A DNA stretch of 64,000 nt from NCBI GenBank assembly GCA_902795065.1, contig CADBJR010000011.1, forward strand, positions 2,090-66,089, written 5' to 3'. The translations under genes and the position numbers were made by a program. The stretch comes from an uncultured Coriobacteriaceae bacterium. Its GTDB lineage: Bacteria; Actinomycetota; Coriobacteriia; Coriobacteriales; Atopobiaceae. Below the pieces are notes generated by a model. The model had not been told where the DNA came from, searched no databases, and was given only the letters and a program-made list of their open reading frames with translations. Of this stretch, positions 18,963 through 27,664 are shown piece by piece. The stretch's first letter is position 1. Each line of letters begins with the position of its first letter.

Positions 18963-19937
18963 GTGGAGAAGCAGGGGCGCACGCCCTTCCTTGCGACCAC
19001 GCCGGGTGTCGTCCTCGGCTGCCTCATCTGCTGCGCGCTCTGGGGTTCCGCGTTCCCCTGCATCAAGATCGGATACGCGCTGTTCGGCGTTGATGCTGCG
19101 GATACGGCATCGCAGCTGCTCCTTGCAGGTGTTCGTTTCACGGCTGCGGGCATCATAGTCATCATCGGTACGAGCCTCGCGCGGCGGACCCCTCTGCTCC
19201 CCTCCCGCACCGACATCGGCCCCATCCTCACCCTCGCGGCATTCCAAACCGTCGGCCAGTACATCTTCTTCTATATGGGGTTGTCTCGAGCATTCGGCAC
19301 GACGAGCTCCATCATCGAGTCGAGCTCGAACTTCATGGCAATCCTCTTCGCTGCCTCGATCTTCCGGACCGAGCGCTTGACCAGCAGAAAGATTCTCGGC
19401 TGCCTCATCGGGTTCGCCGGGGTGGTGCTTATCAACCTGGGAGGAGCGGGTACGGCGCGGGGCATCTCGTTTACGCTCGACGGGGAGGGGTTCGTGCTCA
19501 TCTCGTGCGTCTCGGCAGCCCTTTCCACCTGCCTGATCGGCATCTTCTCGCACGACCACGACGGCGTGCTTCTTTCCGGTTGGCAGTTCCTCGTCGGCGG
19601 CATCGTGCTCATGGCAGCCGGGGTGTTGTCGGGCGGCCACCTTGCACCGCAAACACCGGCTCACGCGTTCACCCTTCTCGCCTACATGGCTTTCATCTCG
19701 GCCATGGCGTACTCGATGTGGGCGCGCCTGCTCGCCGTGAACCCGGTCAGCCGTGTGAGCGTGTTCGGGTTCATGAATCCCGTCTTCGGCGTCATCCTTT
19801 CCGCACTGCTGCTCGGAGAAGGCCGCAACGCCAACCCGCTCGTCCTGCTCACCGCGCTCACCTTGGTATGCGCCGGAATCATCGTGGTGAACAGGCCCGG
19901 TGCCGCACAGGAGAAGGCCGGCTCCCCCACTGCGTGA
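18963..19937 (+). CDS. DMT-superfamily (EamA-type) transporter
   Basis: About 10 predicted TM helices in two EamA-like halves. N-terminal LWGSAFPCIKIGY is typical of the family. Confidence 0.8.
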   Translation: MEKQGRTPFLATTPGVVLGCLICCALWGSAFPCIKIGYALFGVDAADTASQLLLAGVRFTAAGIIVIIGTSLARRTPLLPSRTDIGPILTLAAFQTVGQYIFFYMGLSRAFGTTSSIIESSSNFMAILFAASIFRTERLTSRKILGCLIGFAGVVLINLGGAGTARGISFTLDGEGFVLISCVSAALSTCLIGIFSHDHDGVLLSGWQFLVGGIVLMAAGVLSGGHLAPQTPAHAFTLLAYMAFISAMAYSMWARLLAVNPVSRVSVFGFMNPVFGVILSALLLGEGRNANPLVLLTALTLVCAGIIVVNRPGAAQEKAGSPTA

Positions 19938-19981
19938 AGCCTGCCTTATTGTTCAATATAGAACGTGTGTTCTATGCTTCT

Positions 19982-20224
19982 CTAATACCCGAGACGCTCC
20001 CACTGGCTGATCGTCGATGCGCGGTTGGGCAGGATGGACTCCTCCATCGTCACGCCGCTGACCTCCGAGAGCACCGACTCGATGGTGCTGTATGCCCTCT
20101 TCGTGGACCTGATGACCTTCTTGACGCTCTCACGTGCCTCACGCGTCAGACCGAACCGGTAGAGAAACGCTCCTCCAGCGGCAACGAGCAGAAGGGTGAT
20201 GAGCCTGTTCCTGAGCTTGACCAT
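19982..20224 (-). CDS. Small membrane-anchored hypothetical protein, translationally coupled to parB
   Basis: The ATG directly abuts the parB stop (TAGATG). One N-terminal TM helix (LITLLLVAAGGAFLY) followed by an amphipathic helix. No family recognised. Confidence 0.4.
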   Translation of the reverse strand: MVKLRNRLITLLLVAAGGAFLYRFGLTREARESVKKVIRSTKRAYSTIESVLSEVSGVTMEESILPNRASTISQWERLGY

Positions 20225-21082
20225 CTACGCCTTCCCTCCAGTCATGAGGTCGACCAGACGTGCCAGCTCATCCTCGGAATCGAACTCGATCTCGATCTTG
20301 TTCTTGCCGCGCACCTTCTTAACGCGAACCTGAGCCTCTAGTGCAAGCTTAAGCTCCTTAGCTGCGCGTTTGAAAGACTTTGGAAGGGGTTCGCGATGGG
20401 TAGGTACAGGATTGTTGCCAGAAAAGAGCGGAGCGAGGGATTCTGTCTGACGTACGGAAAGTTTCTCATCGACCACCTTCTTGGCAAGGCGGACCCTCCC
20501 CTCCTCTCCTGCCACGGCAAGGATGGCCCGGGCGTGCCCTGCTGTAAGCTTACCCTCGGCCATGAGGTCCTGTACCTCCTCGGGGAGGTCAAGGAGCCTC
20601 AGGGCGTTTGCGATTGTGGGGCGGGACTTGGAGACGATCTTCGCAAGGGCATCCTGGGTGAGTTTGTTCTGATCGATGAGGGTCTTGAATCCCAATGCCT
20701 CTTCGATGGGATTGAGGTCGCTCCTCTGGAGGTTCTCGATGAGGGCGAGCTTGAAGACGTCCTCATCGCTCACCTCGCGGATAATGACAGGGATTTCCTT
20801 GAGGCCTGCGATCTTCGCAGCCTGGTAACGGCGCTCCCCTGCCACGATCTCATAGGAATTGCCCTTCTTGCGCACCATGATCGGCTGTAGGACACCGTTC
20901 TGCTTGATCGAGTCTGCGAGCTCGGCGAGCGGCTCAGCTTCGAACGACTGGCGCGGCTGGTTCTGATTCGGCTTGATTGCGCTCAGCGGTAGCTTCGCAT
21001 CGCTTGCCACTGCTCCAACCTCAGCGGTAGCCTCTCCCATCAGCGATTCGAGGCCTTTCCCAAGACCGGACTTCTTAACCAC
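20225..21082 (-). CDS. parB: Chromosome partitioning protein ParB (Spo0J)
   Basis: GLGKGLESL, IKPNQNQPRQSF, GVLQPIMVRK, YEIVAGERRYQAAK and LIENLQRSDLNPIEEA are ParB box motifs. Confidence 0.93.
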   Translation of the reverse strand: MVKKSGLGKGLESLMGEATAEVGAVASDAKLPLSAIKPNQNQPRQSFEAEPLAELADSIKQNGVLQPIMVRKKGNSYEIVAGERRYQAAKIAGLKEIPVIIREVSDEDVFKLALIENLQRSDLNPIEEALGFKTLIDQNKLTQDALAKIVSKSRPTIANALRLLDLPEEVQDLMAEGKLTAGHARAILAVAGEEGRVRLAKKVVDEKLSVRQTESLAPLFSGNNPVPTHREPLPKSFKRAAKELKLALEAQVRVKKVRGKNKIEIEFDSEDELARLVDLMTGGKA

Positions 21083-21917
21083 GGCGATTCACTTCCTTTG
21101 CGAGTTTCGAATATGCGACGGATCCCTTGCTGGTCGGTGCATAGAGCGTTACGGGCAAACCGTGACTCGGCGCCTCGGAAAGCTTGATATTGCGTGGAAT
21201 GAGTGTTTTGAATACGAGATTGCCGAAATAGTTCTGCACTTCCTCGACAACCTGCTTGGATAGCGTTGTTCGCTTGTCGAACATCGTCATAACGACACCG
21301 AAGATCTCGAGGTCGCTGTTAAGGCGCGCTTTGACCATCTTCATCGATTCCAGGAGCTTGGTGACTCCTTCAAGCGCGTAGTACTCGCATTGAATCGGAA
21401 TCAGCAGCGATTTCGCAGCAACAAGTGCATTGACCGTCAGAAGTCCAAGTGAAGGCGGACAATCAATGAAGATGTAGTCGAATTGATCGGCTATCGCATC
21501 GAGTTTGCTCGCAAGCACGCTTTCTCGCGCCATTGCTGATACAAGCTCTATCTCAGCACCGGCAAGTTGGATTGTCGCAGGCACAACAAATACGCTCTTG
21601 ACTGGCGTTTCGCATATTGTGTCTGCTATATCAGCGTCGTGCAGCAGAACGTCGTAGATATCCTGCTCGAGCGCCTCTTTCTCGATACCGAAACCGCTCG
21701 TCGTGTTTCCTTGCGGATCAAAATCTATGACGAGAACCTTCTTCTTGAGATCGCCGAGTGCTGCACCGAGATTGATCGCGGTCGTCGACTTACCGACACC
21801 GCCTTTTTGGTTGATCACAGCGATAATCTGGGTTTCTTTCTTCGGATTCCCGCGTTTTACATCTGTATACGCCACCGGTCCTCCTCGATGCGTCGACGAT
21901 TCATCTGCAGTGTGCAT
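21075..21917 (-). CDS. parA: Chromosome partitioning ATPase ParA (Soj)
   Basis: IIAVINQKGGVGKSTTAINL deviant Walker A, VLVIDFDPQGN. Overlaps the parB start by 8 nt. The N-terminal about 25 aa may be an over-extension. Confidence 0.92.
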   Translation of the reverse strand: MHTADESSTHRGGPVAYTDVKRGNPKKETQIIAVINQKGGVGKSTTAINLGAALGDLKKKVLVIDFDPQGNTTSGFGIEKEALEQDIYDVLLHDADIADTICETPVKSVFVVPATIQLAGAEIELVSAMARESVLASKLDAIADQFDYIFIDCPPSLGLLTVNALVAAKSLLIPIQCEYYALEGVTKLLESMKMVKARLNSDLEIFGVVMTMFDKRTTLSKQVVEEVQNYFGNLVFKTLIPRNIKLSEAPSHGLPVTLYAPTSKGSVAYSKLAKEVNRRG

Positions 21918-21943
21918 CAGAGCACGTACCCATCATAGAGGAT

Positions 21944-21959
21944 TGTTTCACGTGAAACA
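21944..21959. promoter_or_regulatory. parS: parS centromere site (TGTTTCACGTGAAACA)
   Basis: A perfect 16-bp palindrome matching the parS consensus TGTTNCACGTGAAACA, in the parA-rsmG intergenic space. Confidence 0.88.
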
Positions 21960-21974
21960 CTGGGATTTTGAAGT

Positions 21975-22697
21975 TTACAAGCCTAAAGGACGCTTTGTAG
22001 CCATACCGTTGCGACGGGGGAGCTTGATCTTCGGTTCACCGGTCTTCTCTATATATATAATCTCGCGATGGCCAAAGCTCTTCGGAAGCTCATATGTTTC
22101 ACGTGAAACAATGCTCATCCCACATATCGTTGCAGCACGTTCTGCGGCAGCGATCTCATCATCGTCGATATTCGCTTTCCATGTGCAAAGCATGCCGCCA
22201 TCGATGAGCAAAGGAGCTGCGTATTCGACGAGGACGTTGGTCTGGGCTACAGCACGAGCAACGATGACATTGAAACTGCAAGGCATCTTAAGTGCAAGCT
22301 CTTCGGAACGAGAACAGATGGCATGGCAGCGATCGTCCAGACCGAGCTCATGAATGAATGATGAAACAGCAGCTACCTTCTTGCTGATCGAATCAAGGAG
22401 CGTTGTCTCGGAGCCAAGCATGATCGCAAGGGGGATGCCAGGGAAGCCGCCTCCGGTACCAAGATCGAGAACAGACTGGTGATGGGGGAGAGCGCCTATG
22501 CTCCGCGAGCAGATGATCGAATCGATGAGGTGAAGATAGACGCCCTGTTCGAGCGTATCGATACGTGTCAGGTTGGTGGTCTTGTTCGTCTCGATGACAA
22601 GCCCGAGATGCTTGAGGAGCAGAGCTGCCTGATCAGAGGTACAGGGGATGCCGAGGGCATCCAACTCATCTACCAGCAGAGAGGTGTAGGTTTCCAT
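21975..22697 (-). CDS. rsmG: 16S rRNA (guanine527-N7)-methyltransferase
   Basis: Start at ATG 22697 (GGAG upstream). NLTRI, VLDLGTGGGFPGIPLAI SAM-binding motif. Confidence 0.9.
   Translation of the reverse strand: METYTSLLVDELDALGIPCTSDQAALLLKHLGLVIETNKTTNLTRIDTLEQGVYLHLIDSIICSRSIGALPHHQSVLDLGTGGGFPGIPLAIMLGSETTLLDSISKKVAAVSSFIHELGLDDRCHAICSRSEELALKMPCSFNVIVARAVAQTNVLVEYAAPLLIDGGMLCTWKANIDDDEIAAAERAATICGMSIVSRETYELPKSFGHREIIYIEKTGEPKIKLPRRNGMATKRPLGL
22095..22110. promoter_or_regulatory. parS: Second parS site (TGTTTCACGTGAAACA) inside the 3' part of rsmG
   Basis: Identical perfect 16-bp palindrome, 151 nt from the first copy. Confidence 0.85.
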
Positions 22698-22802
22698 TTT
22701 CCGCTCCTGACAAAACCTTTCGATACAAGAAGTATTGTCATACAAATAGGGGAGGGTAGCTTCTAGACTACCCTCCCCAAGGAGAAAAACACGAGGAAAA
22801 GC

Positions 22803-23417
22803 TTAAAGCACGTCTTTAAGGGCTGTGATGATGACACGACGGTTGGGATCCTCACCCTCGGAGTGAGTGGTCACGCTGTCATCGTTGACCAGGGCGAGGT
22901 GGACGATCCTGCGCTCGTACGCGTTCATGGGAGCAAGAGCCACACGGCCCTGCTTGCGAGCACGCTCGGCAGCAGACAGAGCGATGCTGCGAAGCTTCTT
23001 CTTGCGGCGCGTCTTGTAGCTCTCGATATCCACGACGACCGGATAGTAGAAGTGGATGTGGGAGCTCATGAGCGAGGAGAGGACCATCTGAAGAGCATCG
23101 AGCGTGCGACCGTGGCGGCCGATGAGCACGGCGAGGTTGCCGCCGTTGACGTCGAGGATGAGCTCGCCGTCATCGCCATCGTACTCATCGATGGTCGAAT
23201 GCTTCTCACCAAAAAGGGCAAGGATTTGCCTAAGATAGCCAACTGCCACGTCGGCGATCTTATCCATCTCGTCGTCGGTCAGGGTCCCGCCAGCCTCGTA
23301 GCGCTGCCTGATGGACGCGAACTCGTCATCCTCCGGAGCATTGCCGATGTACTCCTCGACTGAAAACTCCTCGGTGGCCTCGAAGACGTCGTCTTCCATG
23401 CCGTCCTCCTCATACAA
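22803..23417 (-). CDS. jag: Jag/KhpB RNA-binding protein (Jag_N, KH, R3H domains)
   Basis: GGNLAVLIGRHGRTLDALQ (KH-like) and APMNAYERRIVHLAL (R3H). Conserved position after yidC. Confidence 0.85.
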   Translation of the reverse strand: MYEEDGMEDDVFEATEEFSVEEYIGNAPEDDEFASIRQRYEAGGTLTDDEMDKIADVAVGYLRQILALFGEKHSTIDEYDGDDGELILDVNGGNLAVLIGRHGRTLDALQMVLSSLMSSHIHFYYPVVVDIESYKTRRKKKLRSIALSAAERARKQGRVALAPMNAYERRIVHLALVNDDSVTTHSEGEDPNRRVIITALKDVL

Positions 23418-23461
23418 AACCCAAGGGCGCCGAAGCGCCCACGATAGAATCTACGGGATAG

Positions 23462-24220
23462 CTAGTCCTTCTTGCGGGGACGCTTCTTGCGCTCGCGGCG
23501 GACGACGTCGACCTCGACCGGCGCGTCGATCAGGCGCGCCTCGGCCTCCTCACGCGCCTGCTTCATGACACGGGAGGTGATGAAGCGCTGCTGGATGACC
23601 TGCCAGATGGCGGAGGTGTTGTAGTAGAGCAGCACTGCGGAGGGGACGGACCAGCCGAACCACACCATCATGACGGCCATGACGCCGCCCATCATGATGG
23701 TCTGCGAGCGGTTCTCGTTCGACTGCGCCTGGGTGTTGAACAGCATCGGGATGAATGTGAGTACACCGAAGAGCAGGTCGAAGAGGATGTAGACGATGGC
23801 ACCGCCGAAGCCGGACGATGCGACCATATCACGCACGGATGAGGGCAGCGAGGGGAGGATGTTGAAGAAGCAGGCATCAGCGGGAACCTGCTTCATCACC
23901 GTGAAGAGCGCGAAGAAGATGGGCATCTGCAGAAACATCGGCAGACAGCCCATGATGGGGTTGAAGTTCATCTGGGCATAGACCTTGCGCGTCTCCTCGC
24001 CCATACGCTGCGGATCGTCTGCGTAGCGCTCCTGGATCTCCTGGAGCTTGGGCTGCGCGAGCGACATGCGCGCGGTGGAAGCCGTGCTCTTGGCCATGAG
24101 CGGGGTGAGGAGGATGCGGATGATGAAGGTCAGCACGATGATCGCGAGACCCCAGTCGCCGGTCCAGCCCTGAAGCGCTGCCAGAACATTGGTCAGAAAG
24201 TTAACGAACCATTCCCACAT
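23462..24220 (-). CDS. yidC: Membrane protein insertase YidC (short Gram-positive type)
   Basis: LAIIVLTFIIRILLTPL, KLQEIQERY, MNFNPIMGCLPMFLQMPIFFAL and a basic C-terminal tail RRERKKRPRKKD. Confidence 0.92.
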   Translation of the reverse strand: MWEWFVNFLTNVLAALQGWTGDWGLAIIVLTFIIRILLTPLMAKSTASTARMSLAQPKLQEIQERYADDPQRMGEETRKVYAQMNFNPIMGCLPMFLQMPIFFALFTVMKQVPADACFFNILPSLPSSVRDMVASSGFGGAIVYILFDLLFGVLTFIPMLFNTQAQSNENRSQTIMMGGVMAVMMVWFGWSVPSAVLLYYNTSAIWQVIQQRFITSRVMKQAREEAEARLIDAPVEVDVVRRERKKRPRKKD

Positions 24221-24243
24221 GATTCCTCCTGTGCCCCGTATCC

Positions 24244-24483
24244 TTACGGAACCGGGTCATATCCTCCCTCATGGAAGGGATGGCAGCGCAGGATGCGCTT
24301 GACCGCCAGATACCCTCCACGAAGACAACCGTACTTGCGGATGGCCTGCACCGCGTACTCCGAGCAGGTGGGCGTGTAGATGCACGTCCTGGGCAGCAGG
24401 GGAGAGATGAACCGCTGGTAGAACCGTATGCACGCCATCATGGCGCGCGCGACGATCCCCGGATCTTTCCCGTCAGCGGCCAT
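24244..24483 (-). CDS. yidD: Membrane protein insertion efficiency factor YidD
   Basis: [52 protein letters not shown] 24483 overlaps the rnpA stop. Confidence 0.85.
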   Translation of the reverse strand: MAADGKDPGIVARAMMACIRFYQRFISPLLPRTCIYTPTCSEYAVQAIRKYGCLRGGYLAVKRILRCHPFHEGGYDPVP

Positions 24484-24805
24484 CGGTCGCTCCAGCCCGG
24501 GATAGCAGCGTGGCAAGCGCTCGGGCAACCTCGGGGGTGTGCGCGGGCGCAGTCTGATCGGTGGCGAGCAGGATCACGCTGTATCCATCGTAGGGAAGCC
24601 CGCAGCTGCGGGCAGCTTCCCTCAGTACACGCTTGCCTCGGTTGCGGATCGGCGCATTGCCCAGCCGTTTAGGCGCAACGAAGGCGACCTGACCACAGCC
24701 GCCTTCGTCATGATGCAACACACGGATTCGCAAGAGGGGATGAGAGAGCCTCTTCCCCGCTTTGAAGACCTTCTCAAATGCCTTCTTGGATTTGATGGTC
24801 TTCAC
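24473..24805 (-). CDS. rnpA: Ribonuclease P protein component
   Basis: GTG start with AGGAG upstream. [37 protein letters not shown] is the RnpA signature region. Follows rpmH. Confidence 0.88.
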   Translation of the reverse strand: MKTIKSKKAFEKVFKAGKRLSHPLLRIRVLHHDEGGCGQVAFVAPKRLGNAPIRNRGKRVLREAARSCGLPYDGYSVILLATDQTAPAHTPEVARALATLLSRAGATDGR

Positions 24806-24817
24806 GATCGCCGTCTC

Positions 24818-24952
24818 CTAGACGGTCAGGCGCTTGCGGCCCTTGGCGCGGCGACGGGACAGGACGGCGCGGCCGCCCTTGGTGGCCATACGGGCACGGA
24901 AGCCATGGGTCTTGGCGCGCTTGCGCTTGTTGGGCTGATACGTACGCTTCAT
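24818..24952 (-). CDS. rpmH: 50S ribosomal protein L34
   Basis: [44 protein letters not shown], 44 aa, with a GGGAGG RBS. Confidence 0.96.
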   Translation of the reverse strand: MKRTYQPNKRKRAKTHGFRARMATKGGRAVLSRRRAKGRKRLTV

Positions 24953-25267
24953 TTCTATTCCTCCCGGGCTGGGTGTAACGTCCTCAATGCAGATAAGCCT
25001 AAGAATTGTAAAGGTCAACGGCGTAATCTGTCAACAACGATTCTTGGAAAACCTGTGCGCATTCCGCAGAATCCCTACCGCACGCGGAACTGAAAGTTTT
25101 CATCTGCTGTGAAATAGAGGCGTACGTGGTAGTATTCTTACTCCGCGCATGATTCGAAGAACCACATTTCAACATGTATTCTTCGAGTGTTGAAAACTTT
25201 CTTTCATTTCTTTCAGACTTCTGAAAGTTTTCAACAAAGGATGAAATGGTGTTGAAAGGAGGTTGCT
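24953..25267. promoter_or_regulatory. A/T-richer intergenic region with clustered TGTTGAAAAC-type (DnaA-box-like) motifs and a 13-bp inverted repeat; candidate oriC part and/or promoter region
   Basis: TGTTGAAAAC at 25188-25197, its complement GTTTTCAACA at 25227-25236, TGTTGAAAG at 25250-25258, and degenerate copies at 25096-25104 and 25166-25174. GTTGAAAACTTTC (25189-25201) and GAAAGTTTTCAAC (25223-25235) form a perfect inverted repeat. Confidence 0.4.
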
Positions 25268-26014
25268 GTGTCGCATACGTTCTATCCCTTCGTCGAGCAG
25301 GACGCCGGCGATGCGGGGACCTCCCTCGAGGATCTCGTGCGCTATCCCGCGCGCATCGCGGTCTACGACGATGCGGCAGCAGCGCCGCGCGTGGTCATCA
25401 TCGACCCCCAGGATGTGCGCTCCTACCTCGAGGAAATCACCCGCGAGGTGACACGTCTTTCGCACGAGCAGGGCGGCACCATCCCGTTCATGGTCATCCG
25501 CGAGATCGTCGAGAATTACATCCACGCGTCGTTCGTCTCGCCCACGATCTCGATCCTCGACGACGGCAACACCATCCGCTTCTCCGACCAGGGTCCCGGC
25601 ATCGCATCCAAGGAGCGCGCGCTCGAGTACGGCACCACCTCGGCGACCGAGGAGATGAAGCGCTATATCCGCGGCGTGGGATCGGGGCTGCCCTACGCCC
25701 AGCAGTATATGGTCGACAAGGGCGGCTCGCTCGACCTCGAGGACAACATCACGCAGGGTACCGTGGTCACCATCTCCACGCGCACGAGTGCGAAAGAGCA
25801 GGTCAAGGCCCATGCGAAGCCCGCAGCGGACATCGCGGGGCTCTCGGAGCGCAAGCAGCTCGTCATCGGCTACATCGAGGAGCACGGCTCCGCCGGCCCG
25901 ACCGATTTGCAGGAGGCCTTCGGGAAGTCGCTCCCCACGTGGTCGCGCGAGCTCTCCGCCCTTGTCGACGAGGACATCCTCAAGAAGAACGGCCGCAGGT
26001 ACACGCTCGCCTAA
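25268..26014 (+). CDS. GHKL (HATPase_c-like) ATP-binding domain fused to a C-terminal winged-helix DNA-binding domain
   Basis: GTG 25268 lies 5 nt after AAGGAGG. N box EIVENYIHA, G1 DQGPGI, G2 GVGSGLPYA. C-terminus KQLVIGYIEEHGSAGPTDLQEAFGKSLPTWSRELSALVDEDILKKNGRRYTL resembles a MarR/wHTH. No HisKA domain or TM segments. Confidence 0.7.
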   Translation: MSHTFYPFVEQDAGDAGTSLEDLVRYPARIAVYDDAAAAPRVVIIDPQDVRSYLEEITREVTRLSHEQGGTIPFMVIREIVENYIHASFVSPTISILDDGNTIRFSDQGPGIASKERALEYGTTSATEEMKRYIRGVGSGLPYAQQYMVDKGGSLDLEDNITQGTVVTISTRTSAKEQVKAHAKPAADIAGLSERKQLVIGYIEEHGSAGPTDLQEAFGKSLPTWSRELSALVDEDILKKNGRRYTLA

Positions 26015-26020
26015 CCTGTA

Positions 26021-26072
26021 ATTGGGGACGGTTCCTTTTTCGCGGTTTTTCCTGAAATAGGAACCGTCCCCA
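26021..26072 (+). terminator. Long stem-loop after the GHKL-wHTH gene
   Basis: TTGGGGACGGTTCCT (26021-26035) pairs perfectly with AGGAACCGTCCCCAA (26058-26072). The 22-nt loop is T-rich. An atypical terminator geometry. Confidence 0.5.
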
Positions 26073-26126
26073 AAGCGCGGTCCGCGCTCGGGTGCGCTAC
26101 GTTACCGTTCAGCGACACACGGAAAA

Positions 26127-26149
26127 TGTAGATAACCTCTGTTGAAAAC
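26127..26149 (+). promoter_or_regulatory. DnaA-box-like pair upstream of dnaA
   Basis: TGTAGATAA (26127-26135, 8/9 to TGTGGATAA) is followed by TGTTGAAAAC (26140-26149), about 50 nt upstream of the dnaA ATG. Confidence 0.4.
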
Positions 26150-26200
26150 TCTGTACAATACGTTCTTACCCAAATTCGACGTACCTCGGATGGAACGTAT

Positions 26201-27664
26201 ATGGACAATGCCATCGAAACCGATGCGGAGGCCCTCTGGGCCGACACGCTCGACCTGCTCGAGGAGCAGGAGATCAGCGAGCCGCTCGCCGCGATGCTCA
26301 GGAGCTGCAAGCCCGTCTCCCTCGACGACGGCACCTTGAGGCTCTCGACCAGCATGCGCCTCGTGCAGAAGACCGTGCTCAAGAACAGCGCGGCCATCGA
26401 GGACTGCCTCGCACAGGCCGCTTTCCAGAACATCTCGCTCGAAGTCGAGCTCGTGCCCGCCGGCGATAAACCCGCCGTGCGCCAGGTGGCTCCCGAGCCC
26501 CAGCGCGACGAGGACATCTGGGACAACCCCGAGCCGACGAAGAAGGTCAAGAACCCGCTCGTCGAGACCATCACCGACAATGACTCGCGCCTCACCTTCG
26601 ACCGGTTCATCCAGGGCGACGAGAACGTCTTCGCATACCAGGCGGCGCTGCAGGTGGCGGAGGGCGTGAACAAGCAGGCGTACAACCCGCTGTTCATCTA
26701 CGGCAAGAGCGGACTCGGCAAGACCCATCTGCTCCGCGCGATCCAAAACTACATCGCGCAGAACGATCCCGACCGCCTCTGCGTCTACAAGGACGCCTCG
26801 ACGTTCATGAGCGAGTACGTGAACGCCATGCAGAACCGCGACAACGGCGATTTCGAGGCGCTCAGGAACAACTACCACGGGATCGACGTGCTCATCATCG
26901 ACGATATCCAGACCTTCCTGAACAAGACGAGCACCATCACGTTCTTCTTCGACCTCTTCAACTACCTGTCGTCGAACGGCAAGCAGATCGTGCTCGCCGC
27001 GGACCGCTCCCCGGCGCAGCTCGGCATGGGCAAGAGCGGCTTCGACGAGCGCATCACGAGCCGTCTGGGCTCGGGTTTCTCCATCAGCATCCAGGTCCCG
27101 AGCTTCGAGCTGAAGCTGCTGCTCATCAAGGAGTTCTACCGCCGCCAGAAGGAGGACGCGCTGCGCACGCACATCCCCTACATGAACGGCACCATCACGG
27201 ACGACGACCTGCATTTCATGGCCGAGCGCGCCGGCAACAACATCCGCGATATCGAGGGCTTCGTCCAGTCGTGCATCATCATGGCATCGCGGCGCAATGG
27301 AGCGCGCGAGGTCATCACCCGCGACGATATCCTGCGCATCGCGAGCGAGAAATGGCCCATGAGCAAGAAGCAGGTCACCATCGCGCAGATCCAGCGCCTC
27401 GTGGAGACCTACTACGACGTCTCGCACAACGATCTGGTGGGCGACAAGCGCAACAAGGAGCTCATGGAGCCGCGCCATATCGCCATCTGGCTCTCACGCG
27501 AGCTGACCGACTCGACGCTCGCCGACATCGGCAAGCGCTTCGGCGGCCGCAGCCACGCCACGATCAAGCACAGCATCTCGTGGGTCGAGCGCCAGAAGAA
27601 GGAGGACAAGACCTTCTACGACCAGATCTCGCGCATCCAGGACACCATCATCGAGGGTTCGTGA
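26201..27664 (+). CDS. dnaA: Chromosomal replication initiator protein DnaA
   Basis: NPLFIYGKSGLGKTHLL (Walker A), VLIIDDIQ, the domain IV signature HATIKHSISWVE and RHIAIWLSRELT. Confidence 0.97.
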   Translation: MDNAIETDAEALWADTLDLLEEQEISEPLAAMLRSCKPVSLDDGTLRLSTSMRLVQKTVLKNSAAIEDCLAQAAFQNISLEVELVPAGDKPAVRQVAPEPQRDEDIWDNPEPTKKVKNPLVETITDNDSRLTFDRFIQGDENVFAYQAALQVAEGVNKQAYNPLFIYGKSGLGKTHLLRAIQNYIAQNDPDRLCVYKDASTFMSEYVNAMQNRDNGDFEALRNNYHGIDVLIIDDIQTFLNKTSTITFFFDLFNYLSSNGKQIVLAADRSPAQLGMGKSGFDERITSRLGSGFSISIQVPSFELKLLLIKEFYRRQKEDALRTHIPYMNGTITDDDLHFMAERAGNNIRDIEGFVQSCIIMASRRNGAREVITRDDILRIASEKWPMSKKQVTIAQIQRLVETYYDVSHNDLVGDKRNKELMEPRHIAIWLSRELTDSTLADIGKRFGGRSHATIKHSISWVERQKKEDKTFYDQISRIQDTIIEGS

